From the NCBI GenBank assembly GCA_030704615.1, contig CM060731.1, forward strand, positions 89,590,001 to 89,654,000: a stretch of 64,000 nt of DNA, read 5' to 3'. Below, piece by piece: positions 1 to 10,536 of this stretch. The stretch comes from Takakia lepidozioides (Eukaryota; Plantae; Bryophyta). The notes under the pieces are model-generated. The model made no database searches. It saw only the letters and a program-made list of their open reading frames with translations, and had not been told where the DNA came from. The number at the start of each line of letters is the position of its first letter. The stretch's first letter is position 1. Both the position numbers and the translations under genes were made by a program.

Positions 1-968
1 TCCTACCGTTTGGGTTGAAAAATGCTCCTGCAGAGTTTCAGAGGGTCATGGATAGGATTCTTGCGGGGCTAGACTTTGCCCGGTGCTACATTGATGACAT
101 CATCATCTTTAGTGCTACGATTGAGGAGCACGAGAGACACCTTCAGATGGTGTTTGAGCGCATGGGTTGAAATTGCACCCTGGGAAGTGCAAGTTATTTC
201 ACAACCAGATTGAGTATCTGGGCCACATGATATATCCTAGAGGATTGGGTATTCAAAAGATGAAGGTGGAGGCCATTGCACGCATTCCACGCCCCATCGA
301 TGTTAGCAGAGTTCGTGCTTTCATGGGATTGACAAACTACTTTCGACAGTTTGTCAAGGGATTTAGCAGCATTGGCAAGGCTCTTACCAAGTTGACCAAG
401 GTGGGTCAGGAGTGGCAGTGGGAGGAGGAGCAGGAGGAAGCCTTTGAGGAACTCAAGGCTCGATTGACTTCTGCGTCTATTCTGAGGCGGCCTATTCGGG
501 GGCGGTCTTTCCATACGGATTGGAGTATGTTGGGGATTGGAGCAGTGCTCACATAGGTGGATGATGAGGGAAGAGAATTCATAGTGACATATGCTAGCTG
601 CTCGAACAATGATGCCGAGGCGAAGTATAGTTCCTATAAAGGGGAGTGTCTAGCTGCAGTACGGGCAGTGACACATTTTAGATGCTACCTCTATGGCAAT
701 CTCTTCACCCTTGTCACGGATCACCAACCATTGAAGTGGTTGATGGAGTCAGACAAGTTTACATGGAAGCTTGCACGGTGGGCACTTATGCTTCAAGAGT
801 ACGACTTCCAGGTGGTGCATCGAGCCGGAATAGTCAACCGAGATGCGGATGATTGAGTCGCAATCCATGCACAAGTGAGCTTGATGATACATGAGCTCGT
901 TGGCATGGTGAGACGGACAAGGAGATGGTACCAGGATGGCACGTATCTGCCTTTTTATGCATTCTAGC
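1..968 (+). mobile_element. Degenerate Ty3/Gypsy pol fragment (RT C-terminus + RNase H), same family as the 9167-19652 element
   Basis: Encodes LPFGLKNAPAEFQR, YIDDII, HTDWSMLGIGAVL and LVTDHQPLKWL, collinear with 12020-13060(-). It has frameshifts and an in-frame TAG at 554-556, and is truncated at ~968. Confidence 0.93.
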
Positions 969-1069
969 AAGGGGAGCTCAACAATTTAGGAGAAAAAGTC
1001 AAACTACCCCACTGGTCGTTTAAGGGTTAAACTTAGTTGAAATGTTCATGTAACCATTAGAAATGGACC

Positions 1070-1300
1070 ATCAATCAATAACTCAGCTGGATGGTGCATT
1101 GAGTGCCACTCAAAAGTCAGATGATACGGGAGTGATAGGTTCTTCTCCCCTTTCCATAGGGCCGAGTCTCGTGTGAAAACCTACATGGTGACTGTGAAAG
1201 AGATTATTTTCTCCTCTCACTATAATTAAGGAGCCTGATTTGTGAGCTGTGGGTCCTAGCGTCCTAGCCTGGTGTTTCCCTTTCCTTTATTATTGAAAAT
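1070..1300 (+). mobile_element. Possible tRNA-derived SINE
   Basis: A-box-like TAACTCAGCTGG (1079-1090), B-box-like GGTTCTTCTCCC (~1138-1149) and an AT-rich 3' end. No TSD was identified. Confidence 0.3.
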
Positions 1301-4300
1301 AATTTGATTCAAAGCTTCCAGTCATCACATTCCATTTTCAGAAGACCTAAATATGTAACAATACAATCAATATCATAAAAATTCAGATTAGGTCCCTAAG
1401 TCCATACCAACTGAAAATTACTGTACATCATTAAACTCGACAATGTAAAATAATTTATGCATCTTCCTAACTCTTACATAGCACATTTTCACTCAATTTT
1501 GTGTTGGGTAAGTAGTGGCAAGCAACGCTAGTAAGCCTTTATATCCAAATAACACTTCAACCTAAAAACACAATCATCAAAAAGATACATAATGAAGTTG
1601 AAAAAGTAATAAAATAGAACATACACTACAACAGATCGGGTATATATGACTACCAACCCGCGGTAGTCATGGCTTTCCTGACTATAACCATGACTTCCCT
1701 GTATTTCTAGACCAAATTGAGCTTTACGTAGTTGTTCAGATGACTATTTGACTACGTAGTCATCTGAACGACTACGTTGGTAGACGCCTTCATGACTGCA
1801 GGACTCCGCACTGGACGTAAGGCTGGTCAACGATGGTTGACCAACGCGAGCTCACCACCAAATAGTTGCCTGAATGACTTCTAGTGCAAGCCTTGTAGCC
1901 AAAAGGTTAAAAAATTCAAAAAGTTGCTTATAGGGTTGCCCATTATGGTAGCCATGAAGAGAGGGTTGGGACTTGGCCTCCTTCATGGGCTTTTGCTTAG
2001 TATCGAGCCGAGAGCATGGAACGCGACGAGGTCAGCATTCTGCGAGATAGACATAGGTCGGCGAATGGATTACCTTCAATCTCCTTCCGAGTTCTTTGTA
2101 CAAGAAACAACCAGAAAACACCACAGTGCAGGAGCGCTCAAGAAACTCCACAAAAATCTTGCGCATGGGGCCGCTAGTGGTTGTCCCACAAACAGCAATG
2201 GTGATATTACCAGCCCATTACTCTCTCGCTCCAATTCCTTTTGTCTATGCAAGTATTCCTAATGCCTTTTCTCTCCCTTCAGTGTCTTGATTGCCAACTC
2301 CACTTTTTGTCAGAGCACCAGACAATGACTTTCACTTGGCTGACACAGGTCACTTGAAGACTCAAATATTTGGGAGCTCAGATCAGTTTCTCCATGCTTT
2401 GTTCCACAGTAACCAATCTCTGCATCTTTTGTTGTTCGACTTTTACCCCCACCTTTGGTGCCTTGTCATTTACAGCGCCTCCTCCTTTGCTGGTGCATGT
2501 TCTTCTGAATGGAAAGCAACATATCCCCCTACCTTTGAGTTGCCAAAAACTAGCTGCGACAACTTATTCCACATGCTCAGCGCCGGACATGAAGTCCTCT
2601 TGTTTGCATGGTAAGCACCCATCCTTTCATTTGCTGCAACTTGGCTTTTCTCAATCTGTCCCCTTTAATTCTAGGTATGGCTCTACTTTGGATCCCTTTG
2701 CTTGTGACAACAAAATTGACATGCCCATTTTGCATACTTCAACTCATCTCAAACAAGTTTTGTCGCCCTTATTCATACATGTGGTGATCCAATTGCAGGG
2801 TTATTACTTGGCATCTTCATCCCTTTCTCCCGCTCAATGCACTGTTACTAATTAGTGACCCCAACAGCTCCAGCCTTTGCTTGTGTCAACACCTCATCTC
2901 CAGGTTTGCACTCCAGACCTTGTTCCCACCTTTGCTTTTCAGTCCATTTCTTTGCTTGGGTTTTTGACTGAACATAATCACTCAACTTTCAGATTCAAGT
3001 ACAACCTATTTCTGGCTCCTCGATGATGGTATATTCTGGTACTTCCAGCCTGGAACTTGTACTTCTACTTCATACCGCTGGTTCAAAACTTTGCTTACCT
3101 CCAGTCCCCTCACCTTGTGACGACCTATTTGTAGCAACACCTCATGTTCCCTCCGTTGTGTTCCAATCTGCTTTATTCTGTACCCTTGTTGAACTGTTTT
3201 TTGTTGCTCCTGCCCTGATTTCCAGATTGGTTCACAAGGTTTGGCATCCATATCAGTCCCACATGTACCTTCATTCCACCCTTCAACAAATTTGTCTCCA
3301 GCTATCTTCTAAACCACAAGTCTTCATTGCATTGTTAGATGTTGTAGCTTCAATATGGCCATCACATCTTGGACTTTGGCATGAGTTTTTAAGAGGTCCT
3401 TCACAATGGTGGGACAACCACAGTTGCAAGGTGTGGCTTTCTTAATGACATCTGATGTGAACAAGTTTGTCTATGGTAGTTTGGAATGATTGTGACATGT
3501 TATTGCATTGCCAATGTGGCAGCTGTGAAAAGCAAAAACCAACTTGAAGAGGAGAAGCTTTTCTTCAAATATTTTTGGACCCCAGTCAATGGTTTACAAG
3601 GTTCTTTGGAGAGTCAGCTTGGTCTTAGCAGGCCGTGTTTCAATCCCTGCCTGTTCAGCTGCACCGTGGTGGTTCTCACAGACCAATCCGACATTACCTG
3701 ACTACAGACACAAGCAGCACACACAAGAGGTCCTTTTGGGTTGATGGTCGGTTAAATCCTCCATGGGTCATGACACAAGGTCAAGGATAATGTGGTGAGG
3801 CACCTTCTTCTTCAACCTATTTCAGTCTGTTTTGCCCTCTCCTCATTAGGGTTGGGGTGTTTGCTGGAAGAACTTCACGCCGTCAGTGTCAGCAAGGCTG
3901 AGGATGTATTCATCATTTATACACAGGCAGGGATAGCTGAAGGACCAGGTCCATAGAGGTTCAGATTCATCCAAGAGGGCTAGATTTCAAACACAAGATT
4001 ACTTCTGATTCCCTGTGGATCGATAGCTACAAGAAATCTGCGTGGATAGATGGTCAACTGGAAACAGCAGTGGCAGCAGCACAATTGATAGAACAAGACA
4101 CAGCTAATGAAGGCACCTTCTTCAACACATTTCAGCCTGTTTTTCCCTGTTATCAGAGTCGTCCCTAATTTCATGTTGAATTCTGCAAGTTAGCTGGTTG
4201 AGTGAACCTTTGATAGTTTGGAGTGATGATACTGCCAATGTGACAACAGCAATGGTGGGACAATCGTGGCAAGAAGGTGAATGCCTGTTGGATTATAGAG

Positions 4301-4684
4301 TAGCAGATGCAATTGAGCATAGGAACTAGTGTGATAAGTTGAGGTGGGTGTTTCCTAGAACAAATTTAGGCTGTCATCGTCAGCTGCTAGCAGCAAGGCA
4401 AGGATGTATGCATGATTTGGCATGGGTAGCTGAAGGAGCAGGGAAGAGGGCCAGATTTCAAGCTCCAGATTACCTATGATTCCTTGTGGATCAATAGCTA
4501 CAAGAAACCTGCATGGGTAGATGGTCAACTAAAGGCACCAGCTGCAGCACTAAGGGTCCCCTCTGTGGGCATGTAAATACAGCCCACAAAGAGGTTCTTC
4601 CTACTCACGCCGCAAGCAGGCCGCTGCCGCACCAGCAGCCAGCCACCAGCAACAGGCCCCTGCACTTGGTGAGTATTTTCAATT

Positions 4685-4820
4685 GTCCTTCACTTAATAT
4701 ACATGTTAACAAGGCATTATATCAAAATGTCTGGCTTAGATCCAGTTTGGATAATGTGAACATGAACTTGCCCACCAGCTTCCAAGCTTTCTTCCTTATG
4801 CACTCATGCAAGAGACAGCT
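4685..4820 (-). pseudogene. Second short PPR (L-motif-like) fragment in opposite orientation
   Basis: The reverse strand reads, across frameshifts, LLHECIRKKA-EAGGQVHVHIIQTGSKPDI...LVNMY. Confidence 0.55.
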
Positions 4821-4894
4821 AAGTATTGAATCTGCTGAATTGTTTCCTTGGTTTATAGGGGGCAGGGCAAAGAATCATAGGTAGTTTTGTGCTT

Positions 4895-5200
4895 GAAATG
4901 GAGCCCTCGTGGACATGTACATGCAAAATGTGGGTGCATCCGAGGATGCAAAGGGAGTGTTCGACAGTATGGCTGAACAAAATGTGGTGTCGTGGAGTGC
5001 GATGATTGCAGGATATGCACAGCAAGGGCATGGGATGGAGGCTTTGGAGACCTATGAGCAAATGATGTCCGAAGGGGTGAAGCCCAACCCGTTTGTTTGC
5101 ATTTGCAATGCATGTGCAAGCCTAGCAGCCCTGGGAACGGGCAAAGAGGTCCATGGTGACATCGTCAAATCTGGAATTGTACCCGATGTCATTCTGAACA
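4895..5200 (+). pseudogene. PLS-class pentatricopeptide repeat (PPR) gene fragment inside CACTA
   Basis: ALVDMY..EDAKGVFDSMAEQNVVSWSAMIAGYAQQGHGMEALETYEQMMSEGVKPN..CNACASLAALGTGKEVHGDIVKSG is a typical S-P-L motif run. It is truncated and frameshifted. Confidence 0.88.
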
Positions 5201-6348
5201 TTGTCCTGGTGATACAGGGTGATGAATTACTTGTGTCATCAAGTTTTGAAATACAGGGTGATGAACTTTTTGACTTGGTTCTTTCCTCTGATTCTTGTCT
5301 ATGAATAAAAGCATTGATTTGCACAGTCATTTCTTGTCACTTTGTTCTTTCCTGTGAATCTTTCCTGTGAATGAGGTTCCTTTGATTCATTGTGACATCT
5401 TGATGACCAGTAGTTGCTACGCTTGGGTGGGTCATGTGGGTTACTGCAGTCAGTAGTTAGATTCACTATAGCAGTCCAAGTGCAGATTACAAAAAGACGC
5501 TTGCACTACTAGGGTTCTACTATATAAGCATTATCACTTTAACACCACTAAACAACCTGCAATCATACATTGACACATGTCATATCCAATAGAAAACACT
5601 TGGCATAGTCTTGGTTTTGACTGTTAAATACATTTAAAATTTCAAAACAAACCCATTATATGATGCCACGTGTCCAGATATTAGCTTGTTTGTAGTCAGG
5701 AGAATGACTGCAGGACCTCCTCATGAGATGCCACGTGTCAATTCCTGCGAGTGCCATATGGCGCACATCCAAAAATCTCCCGGAATTATTAAAAAGAGAC
5801 ACGTGTACAGTTTGCAGCACTAAGTCAAATATGGTAGAAGTACATATGACTGCCAAATGACAGTGAGATGTATCACTTCGCTCATCTGACTCCAGTCATC
5901 CATGACCGACCATCCTGTACTCATTGTATTCACTTGGTTTGCACGACTTGCAGTCATAGCAGTCATATGTACCGTTTATGACTACAAGATAGTCATATAT
6001 ACAGTCATAAATACCGCGATCTGTTGTAGTGATATTCGCTTCGACACTTCAATCATCGCAACACTCTTTTGTAGCACCTATACATGTTCGCTTCAACACG
6101 TCAATCAACGCAACACTCATTTGTAGCACTTATACATATCACTCATACATAGCACTTAGGCCAATGTTGTTAAAACCATTAGTTACGTGTTGGAATTGAA
6201 ACCTTTATATTATCCAAACGACACAACATATATCAAATTCGATTTCAACACCTCAAAATAAAATTCAATTCCAGAATTTATTCGCAACACTTAATATTTA
6301 TTAATACTGACACCTAGGTCAAAACATCAAAACATTAGAGAAAAGAAA

Positions 6349-7091
6349 TTAAGAAATTATGGGACGACCTCCACTCGCCATCAGACTTACGTAGGGTGGG
6401 CCAGGTAGGTTATATACAGGTGGGGGTGGGAAGGATGTGATAGCCATGTCGTGAGTGTCGGACAATAAGCTGGTTTTAACGTGGGTGGGGAAGTCTGGAG
6501 GTATATGGGTATGGGAAGCATTGTGGACTAACATGATTAGGGTTAGGGTGGATTCTTTGTGGTGTAGATATTTTGGGAAGGGTAGGTTGCGTATGTATCT
6601 AAGTTGTTTGGGTTCAATGGCTACCAATGGGGTGACGTTAAGAGGGAGTTGGAAGAGTGGGTGTTGATGGTCGGACATTTTTTGTTGTGTTAAAATGAGG
6701 ATGGTGGAGGTGGCAGGGGAGGAGTGTGTGGCATGACGAGCCATCGTAGGGCTTCGTGTGCGAGTGGCCCTGCGGGCGGGTGAACAAGGCCGCCTCCAGC
6801 CCAAGTGTGTTGGGTAGCGGATCCCGAGACACCGAATATACAGTCGCGGGGATGTGGACTGTCGTATGAAGAGAGTTCCATGGGGCAGGTAAGTGGGCTG
6901 GAGTAATATGAGTGGGTCAACTGAAATGAGGTGATGAGGAGTTTGAGGATGTCTGGAAGGAGGGTATTATGGGAATGGGCTTAAGCTAGTTTGTTGAGAT
7001 TACGCGGTTTTTTGGTGGGGATGTCGTCAAGGTATCGATTAAAAAGCCAACTGACCTCTGTGACGAAGTCTTGTTTCGGTGGTTGTAGCTG
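6349..7091 (-). pseudogene. PCIF1/CAPAM-like N6-adenine methyltransferase domain relic (probable retroelement fragment)
   Basis: Reads FVTEVSWLFNRY..NTLLPDILKLLITSFQLTHSYYSSPLTC..YDSPHPRDCIFGVSG..GGGLVHPP..SSPATSTILIL..LTLIMLVHN. This parallels the recalled PCIF1 motif order (LLRRY; LP..VFEALHRLFGVSFECFASPLNC; YCSAFPDTDGYFGSRG; GSFEANPPF; SFIVFIP; VLFLQN). One stop and one frameshift. Confidence 0.72.
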
Positions 7092-9166
7092 CACTACAGC
7101 AAATGGGGGGGTTTGCGACGCCAGCCGCGCCCCCACGCCGAGCCCGCGGCGCTTTTTTCAAACGCTCCGGCGTCGCAATCCCTTGCTGCGACACAATTAC
7201 GACGCCCAGCCGTCGTAAGGTGGCATGAAGGGGGAAAGAAGGCCCTCGCTGCGACGGATTTTTTTTCTTGCGACACCCCGGCGTCGGAATTTTGTTTTTT
7301 ATTTTTTATTTTTTTGGACGTTGCGACGCCTCGGCGTCGCAAAAGCGTCACTAAGGGCGCCCCAGCGCCTTTGCGACGCCAGGTCGTCGCAATAGCATCA
7401 CCACAGTGGAAGTTTGTTTTTGTTTGTTTTTTTTTTTGGGCTTTGCGGCCCTCAATTTCACAAAAGCGTCGCTGGGGGCGCCCCGCGCTGGGACGCTTTG
7501 AAATACTGGCTCTAATGAGGTGTGCTCTCTGTGGTCTGAAGGAGCCGAGGTATTTTTACCATAGCTGATTTCCAGTGGAATTGTCACCCATCATCTTGAT
7601 CTCTCCATGTATCCTTATCTCTGATGTTCTAAAGTCGACCAACCACTGTCCACTCTGAAAGTCAGAGCCAAGAGTGACAACAAAGATGAAAACTTTCGGG
7701 AGTTCAAGCATAGCTTTGCAATGGACGGTGGTGAAGTCAGAGGACATGCATGGGGTTGAAGCACAAATGGCAGCAGGATGGCGAATGCAATCCGCCGCAA
7801 AATGTGTCTCTATTTCTTGGCAGTTTGATAATTTGATTGCCAAATAATCGCTGCGTATATCAACAAGGATGTTGTGGAGGTACTTTTGCGTTGATTTTAC
7901 TTCATGGCTACAGCTTGTGGGCTCTCTGATGATTGTCTATGTCAATCGATAGATACAAGATTCCAAGTTCGGTTCTTGTGATGTTCAGCGATGTTGGAGT
8001 GCAAGAAGCTCGACTACAGGATCAATGAACTGGAGTTTGGCATTGTGAATGTGAGGGCCTAGGATGCGAAGAACTGTCTTCAGGAATAAAAGATCATGCA
8101 TGATTCAGAACGTGAGGAATCTTACACCTGTTTGCAATTTCTTAAGCACTGTGATGCGAGGTGCTCGGAATGTTTTGCAGGGGAAAGAAAATGATATCTT
8201 ATTCATGTTAGGGGAATTGAAGTGAAGCACTGCAGGTCTCTGCAGGGGTAGTGGTGGGGTTGGCCATTGTTGGCTTTGCCATTTGGTATGGTCGGCGAAG
8301 AAAGCCCTGTTGGTTATGAGACTATGCATAGATTTGTACATACTTCTTGGTAGCAGTAGTGATGGCTAGATCAGGCATGTCTCATAGGCCAGTTGCAATT
8401 TATTTAGATGGTGAGCTTGGAGAAAGTACATGAGATAACATCAAAGCTGTTTCTCCATCTGTTGGTGTATGGTTCCAATTAGCCATTGGATACCATGCAG
8501 TCTCGTTCGCAATTCTTATCTCGTTGAAGCGTGTCTCTCCATTCTGAAGCATTGGAGCTCACATGACAGGAGGGCAGTAAACATGCTACCCATTCAAAAC
8601 CATGAATGGCTTAGATACTGCGAAGGATGCTGGGTAGTTCCAATCGCATGATCCTCCAAAGAGATTCAAACCATACACACCATGTTATATACTGTTATGA
8701 GTTGCATTATGTTATGTGGATGTAGATTGCCTCCACTCGCTCTATGTTTGCATAGAGGAAAAAAAAAAAAAAAAAAAAAACATACTTTGCAATGTAGAAT
8801 TAGCACCATTCGGGGGTCGCAAAGTGCGACGCCCAGACGTCACAATTTAAGGGGGTACATTTGAATTTAGGCGGGAAAATTTGAATTTGAAATTTGAATT
8901 TCAAAAACTTGTTGACCATTGACTCCGGTTCTGTCTAATGGCAATGTGTTCATTGTTCTACATATATCATGCAATGCATACTTAAACCTAAGACCTCCAC
9001 GTTATAACATTTCTAAGGCACTACAAACTAACCAACACACCTACACTACATCTATGTATCACAAAAACAATCTAAATATATAAATATATATATATATATA
9101 TATAAAGATTTTCTTCAAGTTCTTTCAAGTTCTTTCTAAGGGGGTCTCTCTTGTGACGCCGGGGAG
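7092..9166. mobile_element. Second CACTA element, main body (other terminus at 10258-10443, inverted)
   Basis: Terminus CACTACAGCAAATGGGGGGG at 7092 with dense TGCGACGCC subterminal repeats, preceded by CTG (CAG on the minus strand). The interior is degenerate and unassignable. Confidence 0.85.
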
Positions 9167-9410
9167 TTGCAACCTCCACAGCCTAAGTGCCCAGCCCCAG
9201 CCCCAGCCAGCGTCATTGCCGTTGTTGCACTTCCCACCGCCAGGATTGCAAGACGGCGACTAACGATGGGGTTGCTCTTGTACCCGGCCTCTTGGTCTAT
9301 AGAGTTTGAGTACAATAGGGACAGTGATAGAGGACTTAGTACGGCTGTGGCTATTACATTTTGTAGCTATCTGGAGTTAGAGGGACCTAACCACCAGCTA
9401 GGGGGGCGAT

Positions 9411-9495
9411 TGTGGTATAGCTTTCTAGGATTGTGTGCTTAGATTGTGTGGTGGACATCGATGTATGTTGTGGCACGATGCTTAGGTGCACGACA
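9411..9495 (+). repeat. 85-bp terminal repeat X, copy 1 (directly after the polypurine tract)
   Basis: TGTGGTATAG...GCACGACA, with 2 mismatches to 9899-9983. Follows AGGGGGGCGAT. Confidence 0.95.
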
Positions 9496-9497
9496 GC

Positions 9498-9897
9498 TGT
9501 CATGGTTTTAGTCATGGTTATCTAGAATTACCTACTTCTAGTTAACTAGGACATTTTAGATATTTATATTTATATTTTGTGTGTTGGGACTTCATTTGGT
9601 CTCACATGCCAAGTGAGGTGTCGAGCCTCACTTGAGACATGGAGATAGGTTTTCCCCTTGTGAGTGTTGAGGAGGTTCATCTTCTTGTAGTTGAGCCTCC
9701 ATGAGCTTCTCTCACCTCCATAGCTCTAGAGGGTTTTGTAGGGTTGATTCCTTTAGCAAAGGTGCCCTTGGCTTGACTTAGATTATCTGATAGAGTGGAT
9801 TTCACTGGGAAGGACTAGGGCTTGTTCTTCATGTGATTGCTTCATGCTTTGAGAGCTTTCATTGTCTTCTACTTCTCTCATTTCTCATTTCTTATCA
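9498..9897 (+). repeat. 3' LTR segment A (400 bp)
   Basis: Matches the reverse complement of 19233-19652. Confidence 0.95.
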
Positions 9898-9898
9898 T

Positions 9899-9983
9899 TG
9901 TGGTATAGCTTTCTAGGATTGTGTGCTTAGATTGTGTGGTGGACAGCGATGTATGTTGTGGCACGATGCTTAGGTGCATGACA
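9899..9983 (+). repeat. 85-bp terminal repeat X, copy 2 (element terminus)
   Basis: TGTGGTATAG...GCATGACA followed by the TSD AAGA. Confidence 0.95.
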
Positions 9984-10064
9984 AAGATTATAATTATTCA
10001 TCTTGTGTTACAATAGAGCGAAGTCCTTGGAGAATTAATTCACATCATGAATATATAATGTTAA

Positions 10065-10257
10065 CTACAATATCCAAATACACATCACATAATGCAACCC
10101 AGACAAAGACATTATGCATGGTCCCCCCCTCATATGCCCCAACCCAACAAAATCCAACATCTACACAATCAACGGTAGTTTTGTCGGGTCTATCTCCAAC
10201 ACGCGGCTTACTTGGCTCTGGTACAAATACTCCACCTCCACCACACATATTAACCAG
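10065..10257 (+). pseudogene. N-terminal continuation of the PCIF1-like relic, displaced by inversion
   Basis: CNPDKDI..NIYTINGSFVGSISNTRLTWLWYKYSTSTTHINQ joins in frame to QLQPPKQDF (7091 down) through the shared CAG target-site duplication of the CACTA. Confidence 0.7.
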
Positions 10258-10443
10258 CACTACATGAAAAGGGGAGGGGTTTTCGACGTCGCGGCGTCGT
10301 AAAACAGCCCTTTTCAGGCAGGGGGGAAGAACCAAATTTGCGACGCCCGGGCGTCGCAAGCCCGTCGCAAGGGCGTCGCCAAAAAAACGTCGCAAATTTG
10401 CAACCAATGGAGATCGCAACGGCGTCGCCACAGGGGGTCGCAA
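10258..10443. mobile_element. Second CACTA element, displaced opposite terminus
   Basis: CACTACATGAAAAGGGG at 10258 preceded by CAG, with the same TGCGACGCC/GGCGTCGCAA subterminal repeats. Confidence 0.85.
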
Positions 10444-10536
10444 TGGTGTTGTGGTCAGCTTAGGTCATCACAAGGATGTCACTTGGGGCTTGGCCTTGCA
10501 TTTCTTGTTAGCCTTCCATGGTTGTATCCACTCCTA

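Larger units (their letters stand above)
1624..6031. mobile_element. Non-autonomous CACTA DNA transposon carrying captured fragments (Pack-CACTA)
   Basis: TIRs CACTACAACAGATCG (1624) and CGATCTGTTGTAGTG (ends 6031). 3-bp TSD ATA at 1621-1623 and 6032-6034. Subterminal ATGACTAC/GTAGTCAT repeats occur at both ends. Confidence 0.93.

Noticed and set aside
2080-3500. Degenerate minus-strand coding-like sequence in the first CACTA
   Set aside because: Many stops and no motif I can assign; it may be decayed TnpA or cargo.
6035-6140. Two ~50-bp tandem units next to the CACTA end
   Set aside because: A simple local duplication with no evidence of function.
7094-7500. Regularly recurring TGCGACGCC motifs as a CRISPR-like array or real ORFs
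   Set aside because: Spacing is irregular, both orientations occur, and they abut a CACTA terminus, so they are subterminal repeats. The ORFs there are incidental.
9411-9983. 85-bp repeats read as a giant target-site duplication around a solo LTR
   Set aside because: X starts right after the PPT and has TG..CA ends. The real 4-bp TSD and the terminal inverted repeat lie outside the second X.
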